DNA of 62,851 bases, filler included, from Nitrospirota bacterium (GTDB lineage: Bacteria; UBA2233), in assembly GCA_011620345.1 (NCBI GenBank). It is 6 parts of 6 records of this genome, joined end to end, with 100 filler letters (N's around TTAATTAATTAA, not from the genome) between each part and the next. Parts side by side here need not be neighbours in the genome. Positions count along the whole stretch, not along the records: positions 10,196 to 31,676 come from WOZJ01000050.1; 5 more parts are not named here. One strand, written 5' to 3'. Position 1 is the stretch's first letter; each line of letters starts with the position of its first letter. A program made the translations under genes and the position numbers. The notes beneath the pieces were generated by a model. The model did not search any database. It was not told where the DNA came from and saw only the letters and a list, made by a program, of their open reading frames with translations. Shown piece after piece: positions 18,473 to 28,495 of the stretch.

Positions 18473-20905
18473 GCCGTAGACGATCTCCACCCTATTTGTT
18501 TCCGAGGGCAGCGAAAACGAGCATCCATTTTCTATGAGGCTGATGGAGTAGCCCTTTCCGTCCACGATCACGGAGGAAGGGGTCTCTCCGTACACTCGAA
18601 CTTCGAAGGATGGGTGATTGTACAGGAAATCCCCAGACCGTTCTATATCCAGTATAAACCCGGAAGCACGCGCCTTTTGGGTAAACTGGAAAATTTGTCT
18701 TTCGGCTTGTCGACTCGTTCCGTCGTCGAGAACGATCCGTGAAACCGCTCTCGAGGAGGATCCGCGAAGCGGGTAAATGTCCAGTCGGATAGGCTTCTCG
18801 AGCAGCCCGATCGTATTTGCCCCCGGCTCTACCATAGGAAGAACGGCTCCTTCTTTCACGAAGACGGGAAGCTTATCAAGCGGGCCATGTGCGAAGGTCC
18901 ATCGTCCACCTAGGTGGACCTCTTTGGACTCCAAGGCATACCAGCTGCCTTTTGGAAGATATACGCTCCTTTCGATTACGCCCGGGTCGAGTATGGGTGC
19001 GACCAGCAGGTATTCTCCCACGAGAAACTCGTTGGAGAGGTTTCGGACGGAAGGGTCGTCCTGGTATTCCATCACGAGCGGCCTTAAGATTGGAATCCCT
19101 GTCGTGTGCGCCTCGTAGAACAAGCTGTAGAGGTAAGGCAGTAGCGCGTAACGGAGCTCTATGTGCTTTCGTATGATGGATGTGTAGGGTTCACCGAACG
19201 CCCAGGGCTCCTGAGGAAGCGAAAACTGATCGGCGTGTTCGCGCATGAGCGGCATGAACGTTGCCGCTTCGTACCAGCGTACGAGCAATTCTGGCGTCAC
19301 CGAACCGGCAAACCCCCCGATGTCGGCCCCTGAGAAGGCAAGCCCTGAAAGCCCCATATTCAAGAGCATCGGGTTTTGCAGGTTGAGGTGGGCAAAGCTG
19401 GAAGCGTTGTCCCCCGTCCATGCTGCGGCGTAGCGTTGAACCCCGGGAAACCCTGCCCGCGAGAGCAAAAAGGGCCTTTTGTTGGGCATGAGCCGTTGAA
19501 TCCCTTCGTAGCTTGCCTTGGCCATAAGCATTCCATAGGCGTTGTGCAGCGTTGCGTGCGGGCTGTAGCGCCCGTTGTCATAAAATACGACACCAGGGGG
19601 AAAGGTCTTGCATGCGTTATTGAACGTATGGGGGTCAAAGACGCTAGGCTCGTTCATGTCATTCCAGAACCCGTCCATTCCTGCCTCGACGAGTGGCCCG
19701 TAGAGGGACCCCCACCACTCCCTGACATCTTGTCTTGTAAAATCCGGCCACACGCTCGTTCCTGGCCAAAGGCGCCCTAAGTATACGCTGCTATCCGCGT
19801 AGCGTACGAACGCATCCCGCCGGAGCCCTTCTTGGTAAACCCAATAGCTTGGGTCTAGCTTGATGGCGGGGTGGATAATCCCGACAGTCCTGTAGCCTTG
19901 GGAGTGCAGCGCCTCGAGAAACCCGGGAAAGTTTTCAAACGTTGCGTTGTTCCAAGTAAAGCTCTTGTAGCTGTCCATGTAGTATAAATCGAGCCATAGC
20001 GCGTCGGTAGGGATTCGCTCTTTGCGTGCCCTTTCGGCAACCTCGGGGACCTCTTTTGCGGGGTTCCAACCAAGCTTCGAGATCATGTGCCCTATGGCCC
20101 AAACGGGCGGCATGGGTATTCTTCCCGTAAGGGCCGTGTAGCGGCGTACAACATCTTTTATGAAAGGACCTGGGATTAGGTAGAAACGTACCGCCTGTTC
20201 AAACGTGGCTATCTGAACGTCCGCCTCGGTCGTTTGCGCGAAGTCAAACTTGGACGGCGATGGAGCATCCAAGAAAAGGCCTGTTGCCTTGGATTCTTCG
20301 TCTAGCATGATGAAAAATGGGTGGGATTGGTACAAGGGGTCGGTTGAGGCATCGTAACCGGAAGCGTCCGTGTTCCACATGGCGTAGCGTTGTCCTAGCT
20401 TGTCCAATGGGCCCACCTTTTCCCCGAGTCCATAGAAGGACGTCTTCGGAGGGTTAGCTGGTAGAATGATATTCAACGCTCCTTCCTCGGAAGCCTTCCA
20501 GCAAAAACGAAGGCCGGAAAGAAATGGAAACCTTTGAGCGTCTTCCAGGCGGATTGCGCCCGTTTCTTTGTTCAAGCCCAAGGTCGCGTTTTTGGTGATG
20601 ACGAGGATTTCCTCTGGCCGTTGTTCTACGCGAAACGATGCTGGCCCTACCTCGGGTGTATCGATCACGGAAACGCTCTCCCGAACGACGGACGGGCCCT
20701 CCCCACGGTCAACCTCAACGCGGAATACCCCTCCTGTATGCGGCTCGATGCGCATTCGAGCAGCTTGAAGACGGATTTCAACGGATGTTTCTGTGGCAAT
20801 TGTTTCTTGAATGGCCCAAGGAACATTAGGCTCAAATTGGGCGTGGGCGGAACTTAAGGCTACTGAGGCCACTAAAGTATAAAAGAAAACAACCGTTAAA
20901 CGCAT
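18458..20905 (-). CDS. GH31 alpha-glucosidase with signal peptide
   Basis: [24 protein letters not shown] (nucleophile), WTGDN (acid/base), GADIGGF, REH. Confidence 0.95.
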   Translation of the reverse strand: MRLTVVFFYTLVASVALSSAHAQFEPNVPWAIQETIATETSVEIRLQAARMRIEPHTGGVFRVEVDRGEGPSVVRESVSVIDTPEVGPASFRVEQRPEEILVITKNATLGLNKETGAIRLEDAQRFPFLSGLRFCWKASEEGALNIILPANPPKTSFYGLGEKVGPLDKLGQRYAMWNTDASGYDASTDPLYQSHPFFIMLDEESKATGLFLDAPSPSKFDFAQTTEADVQIATFEQAVRFYLIPGPFIKDVVRRYTALTGRIPMPPVWAIGHMISKLGWNPAKEVPEVAERARKERIPTDALWLDLYYMDSYKSFTWNNATFENFPGFLEALHSQGYRTVGIIHPAIKLDPSYWVYQEGLRRDAFVRYADSSVYLGRLWPGTSVWPDFTRQDVREWWGSLYGPLVEAGMDGFWNDMNEPSVFDPHTFNNACKTFPPGVVFYDNGRYSPHATLHNAYGMLMAKASYEGIQRLMPNKRPFLLSRAGFPGVQRYAAAWTGDNASSFAHLNLQNPMLLNMGLSGLAFSGADIGGFAGSVTPELLVRWYEAATFMPLMREHADQFSLPQEPWAFGEPYTSIIRKHIELRYALLPYLYSLFYEAHTTGIPILRPLVMEYQDDPSVRNLSNEFLVGEYLLVAPILDPGVIERSVYLPKGSWYALESKEVHLGGRWTFAHGPLDKLPVFVKEGAVLPMVEPGANTIGLLEKPIRLDIYPLRGSSSRAVSRIVLDDGTSRQAERQIFQFTQKARASGFILDIERSGDFLYNHPSFEVRVYGETPSSVIVDGKGYSISLIENGCSFSLPSETNRVEIVYGSDFR

Positions 20906-21894
20906 TCTTGACCCCTTTCGAAAAATGCGTGAATGATCTTAGCGACAAGATCATGGTCGTAGACGGCAAGGCACGGCCGTTCCCCCATGCATGCTTGAAG
21001 AGCGTTTTCGGGCATACATGGCGTACAATTGTATCTGCTCGAAAACACCGCCCCAAAAGGCCCCAATGGAGCAAAAGCTCTAGCATCGCTCGGCCCAAAA
21101 AATGTTAAGGTGTAGAGACCCAAGAGCGAGGCCATGTGACTCGGCCCAGAGTCTGTCCCCACAAAGGCGACATATTCACAGAGTGCACGGTAAAGTGCTT
21201 CGAGAGTATCCGGTGCCACGATTGGACCAAGGTGCTCTAGCGCCTTACAAACCCCGCTTTCGCGTTCTGCGGGTCCGATCAAAAAAAATGGCTGGATATG
21301 AAGGCCTAGGAGGGCTTCATATAGCTTGGAAACCCAGGGAAGCGGAAGGTTTTTTGCTTGGCTTCCTGCGCCAGGATGGATGAGCACACGCCGCTTTGGC
21401 AAAAGAGCGGGCTTGGGTTTTTCATCGATCCCTACGCGCGGAGCTAAGAGATAGGGCTTTGGAATGTTGATCCCCATGAGCGTTCTTGCATAAAATGTTA
21501 TAGCCCCGCTATGCCTTGGTGGGCGGATAGGCAGGCACGCGGGCGGATCTGCACAGACAGAAGACAGCCAACGTAGGAGCCCTTCGGGAGGGTGCTTTAG
21601 GAACACCCATGCTTTTACCGGGGGGTTCAGCCAGCCGTCCAATGGATGCTGTGTTGTAGGAGGATTCTTGGAAAACCATTCCGATACCCAGCCGTTGTGG
21701 CAAGAAAAGAACTTTTCTACCCATCCTAGATTGAAGAGCAACCTCCAGGGTGCTTCTCCTACGGCTACGACTTTGGCTTCGGGTTGGGCATCTAGGAATG
21801 CGCGGAGTATGGGATAAAGAAGGAGCGTATCGCCGAGTGCACCGGCATGATAAATCAAAAGGGTTCTGGCCGGCTGGTTATTTTGGTGCTTCAT
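20896..21894 (-). CDS. GT9 glycosyltransferase (LPS heptosyltransferase family)
   Basis: GALGDTLL..P, IHPGAGS..K, DSGPSHMA, FGPS, CxPC. Confidence 0.9.
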   Translation of the reverse strand: MKHQNNQPARTLLIYHAGALGDTLLLYPILRAFLDAQPEAKVVAVGEAPWRLLFNLGWVEKFFSCHNGWVSEWFSKNPPTTQHPLDGWLNPPVKAWVFLKHPPEGLLRWLSSVCADPPACLPIRPPRHSGAITFYARTLMGINIPKPYLLAPRVGIDEKPKPALLPKRRVLIHPGAGSQAKNLPLPWVSKLYEALLGLHIQPFFLIGPAERESGVCKALEHLGPIVAPDTLEALYRALCEYVAFVGTDSGPSHMASLLGLYTLTFFGPSDARAFAPLGPFGAVFSSRYNCTPCMPENALQACMGERPCLAVYDHDLVAKIIHAFFERGQECV

Positions 21895-21948
21895 AAAACT
21901 GCAACATTTTGTTTGCTATGATAGCATTTCAAAATCAAGGGGGAAAGA

Positions 21949-23028
21949 ATGTACCTTCGGAAAAAAGCCTTTCTCTTAAAAGGATTCGCGCTGCTTGCGT
22001 TTTGGGGGCAAGCCTCCTTTGTCATGCCTCAAGAGGTAATGCTTAATGGTTTTCAAGCCAGCGTGACTGTCCGGTCTGGGGATCCCATGCCTGGCGGGGC
22101 TGTTTTTCCTGAGAACCCGCAGGGTGCCGTTTTTTTGCCAAAGTCCAGTACGCTCGCCGTCGCCCATAATGACATGGCAGGTTCGATTAGCATGTTAGAG
22201 CTGGATGGGCCAGTGCTACGCAAGGGCTCCGTCATTCCGACAGGTATTGCCGGACTCGGGCCTATCACCGACAGCAAAGAAGGTTTCGTTTTTGTTGCCC
22301 AGAACTTGCCGGAAGGCGGGTTTGTGTACCGTCTTGGGTTTGCTCGCCCAGAGCCTAGACGCATCGAATCCATGGGAAATTTTGCTCACGCCAGCCTTAC
22401 CGTGGGGGCGGACGGGGCGGTTTACCTGACAGAGGCGGGGCCAAGCGGTGGCTTGTTTAAGTATGTACCCAAAGAAGGTACCGGGTTTCTTGAAGGGGAA
22501 CTCTTTGCGCTCGATACTACAAAGAGACGCTGGAGCAAAATTGAAGACCCCCTGCATGCCTCAGACGAGGCAAGAAAAAAGGGACTTAGCACGTTCCAGA
22601 CGCTCCAGGGCGTAAGCTCAGGACCCGAGGAGTACATCTACTTTGCTGAAAATGGGGCCGATTCCTCGTTCGGAAGGATTCTTCGGCTTAACCCTAGAAG
22701 CCTTCAGGTTTCCGTCCATCTCTTTGGGAACGGGAATGACTTTGCGGGCCCTAGCGCCCTTTTCTGGGATTCGTTTATGGACCTTTGGGTAGCAGAGGAC
22801 AAAAAAGGAGCAAATCTTGCTCCCAGCAAGGTTCTTTGTGTGTTGCCATCCGGCGCGAAAGTGAGGAAGTTTGCGGAAGTACCGGGGGTTAAGGCCTTCG
22901 GAATCGCCATGGATGCCTCAGGGAAGACGCTTTACATCACTAGGCAGACCAAAGGAGGGGTCGGGGACATTATGGCAGTGCAGGGAGATTTTCAAATTCA
23001 AAATGTATTTACAGCGGAAACCATCTAG
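21949..23028 (+). CDS. Secreted beta-propeller, PhoX/DUF839-like (apparently degenerate)
   Basis: Signal peptide; MGNFAH, VYLTE, GELFAL, W.KI.DP, IYFA, LWVAED, DASGKTLYITRQ follow the PhoX C-terminal pattern; 9 bp upstream of pstS. Confidence 0.65.
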   Translation: MYLRKKAFLLKGFALLAFWGQASFVMPQEVMLNGFQASVTVRSGDPMPGGAVFPENPQGAVFLPKSSTLAVAHNDMAGSISMLELDGPVLRKGSVIPTGIAGLGPITDSKEGFVFVAQNLPEGGFVYRLGFARPEPRRIESMGNFAHASLTVGADGAVYLTEAGPSGGLFKYVPKEGTGFLEGELFALDTTKRRWSKIEDPLHASDEARKKGLSTFQTLQGVSSGPEEYIYFAENGADSSFGRILRLNPRSLQVSVHLFGNGNDFAGPSALFWDSFMDLWVAEDKKGANLAPSKVLCVLPSGAKVRKFAEVPGVKAFGIAMDASGKTLYITRQTKGGVGDIMAVQGDFQIQNVFTAETI

Positions 23029-23037
23029 GAGATCCCT

Positions 23038-23934
23038 ATGAAAGCATTTTTCAAGATGGTCTTGATGGCCGGTGTATTTTTTCTGGGCGCCCCAATGCCT
23101 CAAGGTGGGCGGGCTAGTGAGCTCGTTACGGTGAAAGGCTCGGATACGATGGTTATTGTGGCCCAGCGTTGGGCGGAAGAGTACATGAAAAAGCACCCCG
23201 ATGCGACGATCCAGGTGACGGGGGGAGGCTCTGGGACGGGAATTGCCGCGCTTATTAACGGTACGACAGACCTGGCAAACGCCTCCCGCCCTATCAAGCC
23301 GGAAGAGATAGAAGCAGCGCGCCGGTTGGGCCGTGAGCCCAAAGAGGTTAAGGTGGCAATGGATGCGATCGGCATAGTCGTCCACAAAGACAACCCGGTA
23401 GAGCGCTTGAGCCTAAGGCAGCTGATGGGGATCTATACGGGGCACGTGAACAACTGGAAGGAGTTAGGCGGCAAAGACTTGCCCATCATGCGCTATTCCA
23501 GGGAATCGAACTCTGGAACCTACCTCTTTTTTAAAGAGCACGTCCTTAAGGATATGGACTTTGCCTCCGATTGTCAAAACCTTGCTGGAACCGCCGCCGT
23601 TGCCGATGCGGTAGCCAAAGACCCGAAAGGGATCGGATACGGAGGGATTGCCTACTTCGATCGCCCAAACCTTAAGGTACTCAAGGTCAGCAAGGCGGAC
23701 AATCAGAGGGCCATCGATCCAATCGACCGTTCCGATCTCAAGCGCATGAAGGTCAACTACGACGTAGTGTGGTCTGGAGAGTACCCCTTGGCCAGGCCGC
23801 TTTTTGTCTATTCTCTTCGGGAATCTGCCGAGATTAAGCGCTTCCTCGAGTGGATTTTGGGCGAAGAAGGCCAAAAAATTGCGTTCGAGCTTGGTTATAT
23901 TCCGCTCAACAAAGCCGTTGTTGCAGGCCGATAA
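23038..23934 (+). CDS. pstS: Phosphate ABC transporter substrate-binding protein
   Basis: VKGSDTM, GGGSGTGI, ASRPIK, SRESNSGT, YPLARPLFVY. Confidence 0.96.
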   Translation: MKAFFKMVLMAGVFFLGAPMPQGGRASELVTVKGSDTMVIVAQRWAEEYMKKHPDATIQVTGGGSGTGIAALINGTTDLANASRPIKPEEIEAARRLGREPKEVKVAMDAIGIVVHKDNPVERLSLRQLMGIYTGHVNNWKELGGKDLPIMRYSRESNSGTYLFFKEHVLKDMDFASDCQNLAGTAAVADAVAKDPKGIGYGGIAYFDRPNLKVLKVSKADNQRAIDPIDRSDLKRMKVNYDVVWSGEYPLARPLFVYSLRESAEIKRFLEWILGEEGQKIAFELGYIPLNKAVVAGR

Positions 23935-23962
23935 CGCACGATGGTGCCAGGGGAGCAAAAGG

Positions 23963-24994
23963 ATGGAGCGCGAAGGGGGACGGAAGGGCAAACTACAGGC
24001 CTTGGAAGCCCATCTGGAAGCCTCAAGGGCTCAAGGGGCATGGACGAAGTTCCATCGAGCTCGTTCTTTTGTGCATAAAGGGCGAGCGCTGGAGCGCGGA
24101 ATAGAGCTTTTCCTGCTCCTAAACAGCCTAGTCGCGATTATGGCGATCACGCTCATCTTCTTGTTCTTGTTCCGGGAAGGGGTTCGTGCGCTTACCGCAA
24201 TTCCTTTGGATCAGTTTATTGGCGTGCGAGTGGTCGATTATTTTAGCAATGAGGAAACGTTCCGATACATTTGGCAACCTGTTGGATCGAGCCCAAAATT
24301 TTCTCTCATTCCTTTAATATCCGGAACATTCCTTGTGGCCCTTCCGGCCACGCTTATCGCTTCTGGGTTTGGAATCGGCTGTGGATTGTTCTTGAGCGAA
24401 ATTGCCCAGCCACGCCTAAGGGAGCTGGCAAAGCCTTTTTTAGAGCTGTTGGCCGGTATCCCAACCGTAGTGATCGGTTTCTTTATGCTCGCCATAGGGG
24501 CAGACTGGATTCAGCGAATCTTTCATACTTCTTACCGGCTTAACGCCCTTGTGGGGGCGATCGGGGTCAGCTGTGTGATTATCCCCGTGATCGCCTCGCT
24601 TGTGGAAGATGTCCTACACGCTGTTCCCAGGGAAATCCGGGAAGCAAGCTACGCGTTGGGCGCAACGCGCTCGCAGACGGTTCTTTTTGCGATTTTGCCG
24701 TATTGTTCTCCGGGTATCGCCGCGGCAGTCATTCTTGGTATGGGGCGAGCGATCGGAGAGACGATGATTGTCGTCATGGCTACGGGGAACGCTGCCCAGG
24801 TAACCTTCGATATTTTTAAGTCTGTCCGTACGATGACGGCTACGATCGCGGGTGAACTAGGCGCCGTTGCGCAGGGATCGAACGAGTATTATGCGCTTTT
24901 TTTGGTCGGGTCTGTTTTGTTTACGATTACGTTTTTTATGAACTTTGTAACCGAGCTGATCTTGGAGAGGGTACGCAAACGCTTGAGAATGTAG
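23963..24994 (+). CDS. pstC: Phosphate ABC transporter permease
   Basis: ELLAGIPTVV.G, EAS.ALGAT, GRAIGETM, RTMTATIA.E. Confidence 0.95.
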   Translation: MEREGGRKGKLQALEAHLEASRAQGAWTKFHRARSFVHKGRALERGIELFLLLNSLVAIMAITLIFLFLFREGVRALTAIPLDQFIGVRVVDYFSNEETFRYIWQPVGSSPKFSLIPLISGTFLVALPATLIASGFGIGCGLFLSEIAQPRLRELAKPFLELLAGIPTVVIGFFMLAIGADWIQRIFHTSYRLNALVGAIGVSCVIIPVIASLVEDVLHAVPREIREASYALGATRSQTVLFAILPYCSPGIAAAVILGMGRAIGETMIVVMATGNAAQVTFDIFKSVRTMTATIAGELGAVAQGSNEYYALFLVGSVLFTITFFMNFVTELILERVRKRLRM

Positions 24995-25002
24995 GGGCAA
25001 GC

Positions 25003-25977
25003 ATGACGTTTTCGCACAATAGCCGTAGTCGTAGGTCGGTCAGGTTGCTCGAGTGGGCATTCGTGATTGCAGCGGGCTTTTCTATGGCCTTGGTTGTTTT
25101 GTTGATCGCTTGGATTTTCGTCCCCATCCTATACTATGGCGCCAAGGTCGTTACCCCCTCTTTCCTGTTCGAGTCTCCGAAAAAAGGGATGACAGCCGGA
25201 GGTATCCTCCCCGCTATCTTCGGAACACTTTCTTTGGTTACGCTGATGATCCTAGCGGCCCTTCCCGTAGGAATCGCAACCGCTGTGTACCTTGTAGAGT
25301 ACGTTCAAGATAGTCCGATTGCCAGGGTCATCCGGGCCGGGGTAAACAACTTGGCTGGCATTCCTTCTATCGTGTTTGGATTGTTCGGGCTGGGCTTTTT
25401 TATCCTTTTTGTAGGAAGACATCTCGATCAGGTTCTGCAGACAGGGATGCTGTTTGGCAAACCTGCGCTTCTGTGGGCAGCAATGACGCTTGCCGTGTTG
25501 GTCTTGCCCGTGGTCATCGTTTCCACGGAAGAAGCGTTACGCGCCGTTCCTTGGAGCTACAGGGAGGCAGCCTACGCACTCGGCGCAACCCGTTGGCAAA
25601 CCACGTCCCGGGTGGTCCTTCTGCAGGCGCGTCCAGGTATTTTAACGGGGGCAATTCTTGCCGTTTCGCGTGGGGCCGGCGAAACGGCCCCGATCCTGTT
25701 TACGGGGGCGGCCTACTTTCTGCCCAAGCTGCCCGTAGTCTACTTCAACGTTCCATTGCTGCCTTTTCAGTTGCCCATTTTGAACCCATTCGATCAGTTC
25801 ATGGAGCTTGCATACCATATTTATATTATGGCCACCCAATCGATCAACGTCCAAGAGACCCGGCCGATTCAGTACGGGACCACGTTCGTTTTGCTTGTGA
25901 TGACGTTCCTGTTCAACCTAACGGCCATTGTCATGCGGTCTTTTTACCGTAGACAGCTGAAGGCGTCCCTCCAGTAG
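25003..25977 (+). CDS. pstA: Phosphate ABC transporter permease
   Basis: GGILPAIFGT, NLAGIPSIVFGLFG, EAAYALGATRWQ, RGAGETAP. Confidence 0.96.
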   Translation: MTFSHNSRSRRSVRLLEWAFVIAAGFSMALVVLLIAWIFVPILYYGAKVVTPSFLFESPKKGMTAGGILPAIFGTLSLVTLMILAALPVGIATAVYLVEYVQDSPIARVIRAGVNNLAGIPSIVFGLFGLGFFILFVGRHLDQVLQTGMLFGKPALLWAAMTLAVLVLPVVIVSTEEALRAVPWSYREAAYALGATRWQTTSRVVLLQARPGILTGAILAVSRGAGETAPILFTGAAYFLPKLPVVYFNVPLLPFQLPILNPFDQFMELAYHIYIMATQSINVQETRPIQYGTTFVLLVMTFLFNLTAIVMRSFYRRQLKASLQ

Positions 25978-26198
25978 GCGGCAGACGTCAGTAGGCGGCA
26001 GACGTCCGGCACGCAGATAGGTCAGAAGTGATAGGCTTGGCTTNNNNNNNNNNNNNNNNNNNNNNNNNNNNNNNNNNNNNNNNNNNNNNNNNNNNNNNNN
26101 NNNNNNNNNNNNNNNNNNNNNNNNNNNNNNNNNNNNNNNNNNNCAGTAGGCGGCAGACGTCCGGCACGCAGATAGGTCAGAAGTGATAGGCTTGGCTT
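25972..26198. repeat. 17-bp tandem duplication plus a ~55-bp sequence repeated on both sides of a 100-N scaffold gap
   Basis: CAGTAGGCGGCAGACGT x2 at 25972-26005; 25989-26043 reappears at 26144-26198. Probably an unresolved assembly overlap. Confidence 0.85.
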
Positions 26199-26222
26199 GG
26201 AGTTTGAGGATAGGTTAGGTGT

Positions 26223-27533
26223 TTAGGCTTCCTGCTTTGGAGAGATTTGTCCTTTAAGGTAGGCGTCGTAGGCGCTAAGATCGAGGTAGCCGTGCCCGCT
26301 TAGATTGAGAAGGATTACTTTGTTTTTCCCTTCTTCTTTTGCCAGCATAGCCTCGCTTATGGCAACACGAAGGGCATGCGCAGATTCCGGAGCGGGGACG
26401 ACCCCCTCTGTCCTTGCAAAAATAACGGCGGCCGAGAATGCCTCTTGTTGCTCCACGGCCTTGGCCTCCAAAAGGCCGTTATCGTACAAGAACGATACGA
26501 TCGGCGCCATCCCATGGTAGCGCAGCCCTCCAGCGTGCACTTTGGGCGGGACGAAATCTTTGCCTAGCGTGTGCATTTTTAAAAGCGGGGTTAGTCCTGC
26601 AGTATCCGCGTAATCATAGATGTAGGCCCCTTTTGTCAACGAAGGTGTCGCGATCGGCTCTACGCATACCATCTTCACCTTTCGTCCCGAGAGTTTTTCT
26701 GGAACGAAGGGGAGCGCAAGTCCGGCAAAGTTCGACCCGCCGCCGACACAGCCGACAATCACGTCGGGCATGACGCCGATGCTGGCGAGCTGCGCCTTTG
26801 CCTCGAGGCCGATCACCGTCTGGTGCAAAAGGACGTGGTTTAGTACGCTTCCCAGCGCATAGTGCGTATCGGACCTTGCAAGCGCTTCTTCGATGGCCTC
26901 GGAAATGGCAATGCCTAGGGTGCCTGGGGTTTCGGGGTCTTGCGCAAGAGCGTTTCTACCTGCTTGTGTCGTTTGGCTTGGGCTCGGAATACACGTCGCA
27001 CCCCAGGTCTCCATAAGAATCCGCCGGTAAGGTTTTTGGTCATAGCTTATCCGGACCATAAACACGCGGCATTCAAGGCCAAAAAGACTGCAGGCCAAAG
27101 AAAGCGCGCTTCCCCACTGGCCTGCGCCCGTCTCCGTCGTGAGCCTCTTGATGCCCTCCTGCCGGTTGAAATAGGCTTGAGGTAGGGCCGTGTTCAGCTT
27201 GTGCGACCCGGAGGGGTTTCCGCCTTCGTACTTGTAGTAGATTTTTGCAGGAGTGTCTAGCGCCCTTTCAAGCCGGTAGGCACGATGAAGCGGCGTTGGC
27301 CGCCACATCTTGTAGGCCTCAAGCACCTCGTCCGGGATTTCGATGAGCCGCTCATGGCTCATTTCCTGTTCAACGAGGGATTTAGGAAAAAGCCCGGCAA
27401 GATCGTCCGGAGAAAGGGGCGATCGCGTCTTCGGGTGAAGGGCCGGGGGCAATGGCCAGGGAAGGTCGGCCAGGATGTTGTACCAAAACTTAGGGGTTGC
27501 CTCATCACCCAAAAGAATCTTCGTCGGCTCCAT
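26223..27533 (-). CDS. trpB2: TrpB-like PLP enzyme (tryptophan synthase beta type 2)
   Basis: [55 protein letters not shown]. Confidence 0.96.
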   Translation of the reverse strand: MEPTKILLGDEATPKFWYNILADLPWPLPPALHPKTRSPLSPDDLAGLFPKSLVEQEMSHERLIEIPDEVLEAYKMWRPTPLHRAYRLERALDTPAKIYYKYEGGNPSGSHKLNTALPQAYFNRQEGIKRLTTETGAGQWGSALSLACSLFGLECRVFMVRISYDQKPYRRILMETWGATCIPSPSQTTQAGRNALAQDPETPGTLGIAISEAIEEALARSDTHYALGSVLNHVLLHQTVIGLEAKAQLASIGVMPDVIVGCVGGGSNFAGLALPFVPEKLSGRKVKMVCVEPIATPSLTKGAYIYDYADTAGLTPLLKMHTLGKDFVPPKVHAGGLRYHGMAPIVSFLYDNGLLEAKAVEQQEAFSAAVIFARTEGVVPAPESAHALRVAISEAMLAKEEGKNKVILLNLSGHGYLDLSAYDAYLKGQISPKQEA

Positions 27534-27633
27534 GACATTTCCTTTTTTCGTGAGTGATAGCCAAGCTTATATTTAAGATGTAATAATTGAATGTAATGCA
27601 TTTTTGAACCGTTCGCAACGTACGGGAGGATCC

Positions 27634-28491
27634 ATGGAGGAGGGGGTTACCTTCCTTTCGAAAGGAAAAACATACCACTTGGAAGCTGAACGGATGAATC
27701 CGTACGTGCTCACCGCAGGGTCGGCCGGAAGGATCCAGAAGCTTGCCGGGTACCTTGATCATGCCGAGTGTTCCAAGGGGGGTAGGGGGCTTGTTATCGT
27801 ACACGGAACGTACAAGGGGACGCCTGTTTCCGGGGTTACAACGGGAATGGGCCCTGCTTCGTGCGCGATCGTCCTTCCGGAGGTGATAGAACTCATCCAG
27901 GGGAACGGCGTACTCCTTCGCGTTGGTACGGCCGGAAGCCTTCAGGCCCGCGTATGTCCGGGTCATGCAGTCGTTGCGTTGGCGTGCATCCGGGACGAAG
28001 ACACGACGCAGGCGCTTGTTGGCCCAGAGTATCCCGCGGTCGCCTCGTTCGAGATGTTCCCGTTCCTTCTTTCGGCGCTCGGGGGGCAAGGTTTCTTGCC
28101 AGGCAAATCTCTTTGGCTGGGTGTTGTTCACACCAAGAGCGACCTCTATTTCAAAGAAGCCCCGCAATTCTCACCGAAAGAAAATGAGCTTCGGGAGCGC
28201 CTTAAGAGCTACCGACAAATGGGTGCCCTTGCCTCAGAGATGGAGCTCTCCGCCCATTTCCTTCTGAAAGACTACTATACGTCTTCTAGGCGTCGTATCT
28301 TGTCGGGTGGGATTCTAGGTATTGTGGCAAACGCCCCTGAGTTTGGGCGTGTGGCTCCAGAGGAGCACGAGGGCCTTGAAGACCGCCTCCTTCTAGCGGG
28401 CCTTGAGTCCATGCATACGCTTTGGACGACCCAAAGCGGCGAAGCGAACGGATGGGTCGATTATTACATGCATTCTATATCCGAGGCATAA
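27634..28491 (+). CDS. Nucleoside (uridine) phosphorylase family protein
   Basis: YHL, GTYKG.PVS..TTGMG..S, LRVGTAGSL, RDE.TT, SEME. Confidence 0.85.
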   Translation: MEEGVTFLSKGKTYHLEAERMNPYVLTAGSAGRIQKLAGYLDHAECSKGGRGLVIVHGTYKGTPVSGVTTGMGPASCAIVLPEVIELIQGNGVLLRVGTAGSLQARVCPGHAVVALACIRDEDTTQALVGPEYPAVASFEMFPFLLSALGGQGFLPGKSLWLGVVHTKSDLYFKEAPQFSPKENELRERLKSYRQMGALASEMELSAHFLLKDYYTSSRRRILSGGILGIVANAPEFGRVAPEEHEGLEDRLLLAGLESMHTLWTTQSGEANGWVDYYMHSISEA

Positions 28492-28495
28492 CGCA

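Noticed and set aside
25972-26198. Repeats around the gap as a possible CRISPR array or att site
   Set aside because: No unique spacers, no cas or integrase genes; identical sequence on both sides of a scaffold gap is best explained by assembly overlap.
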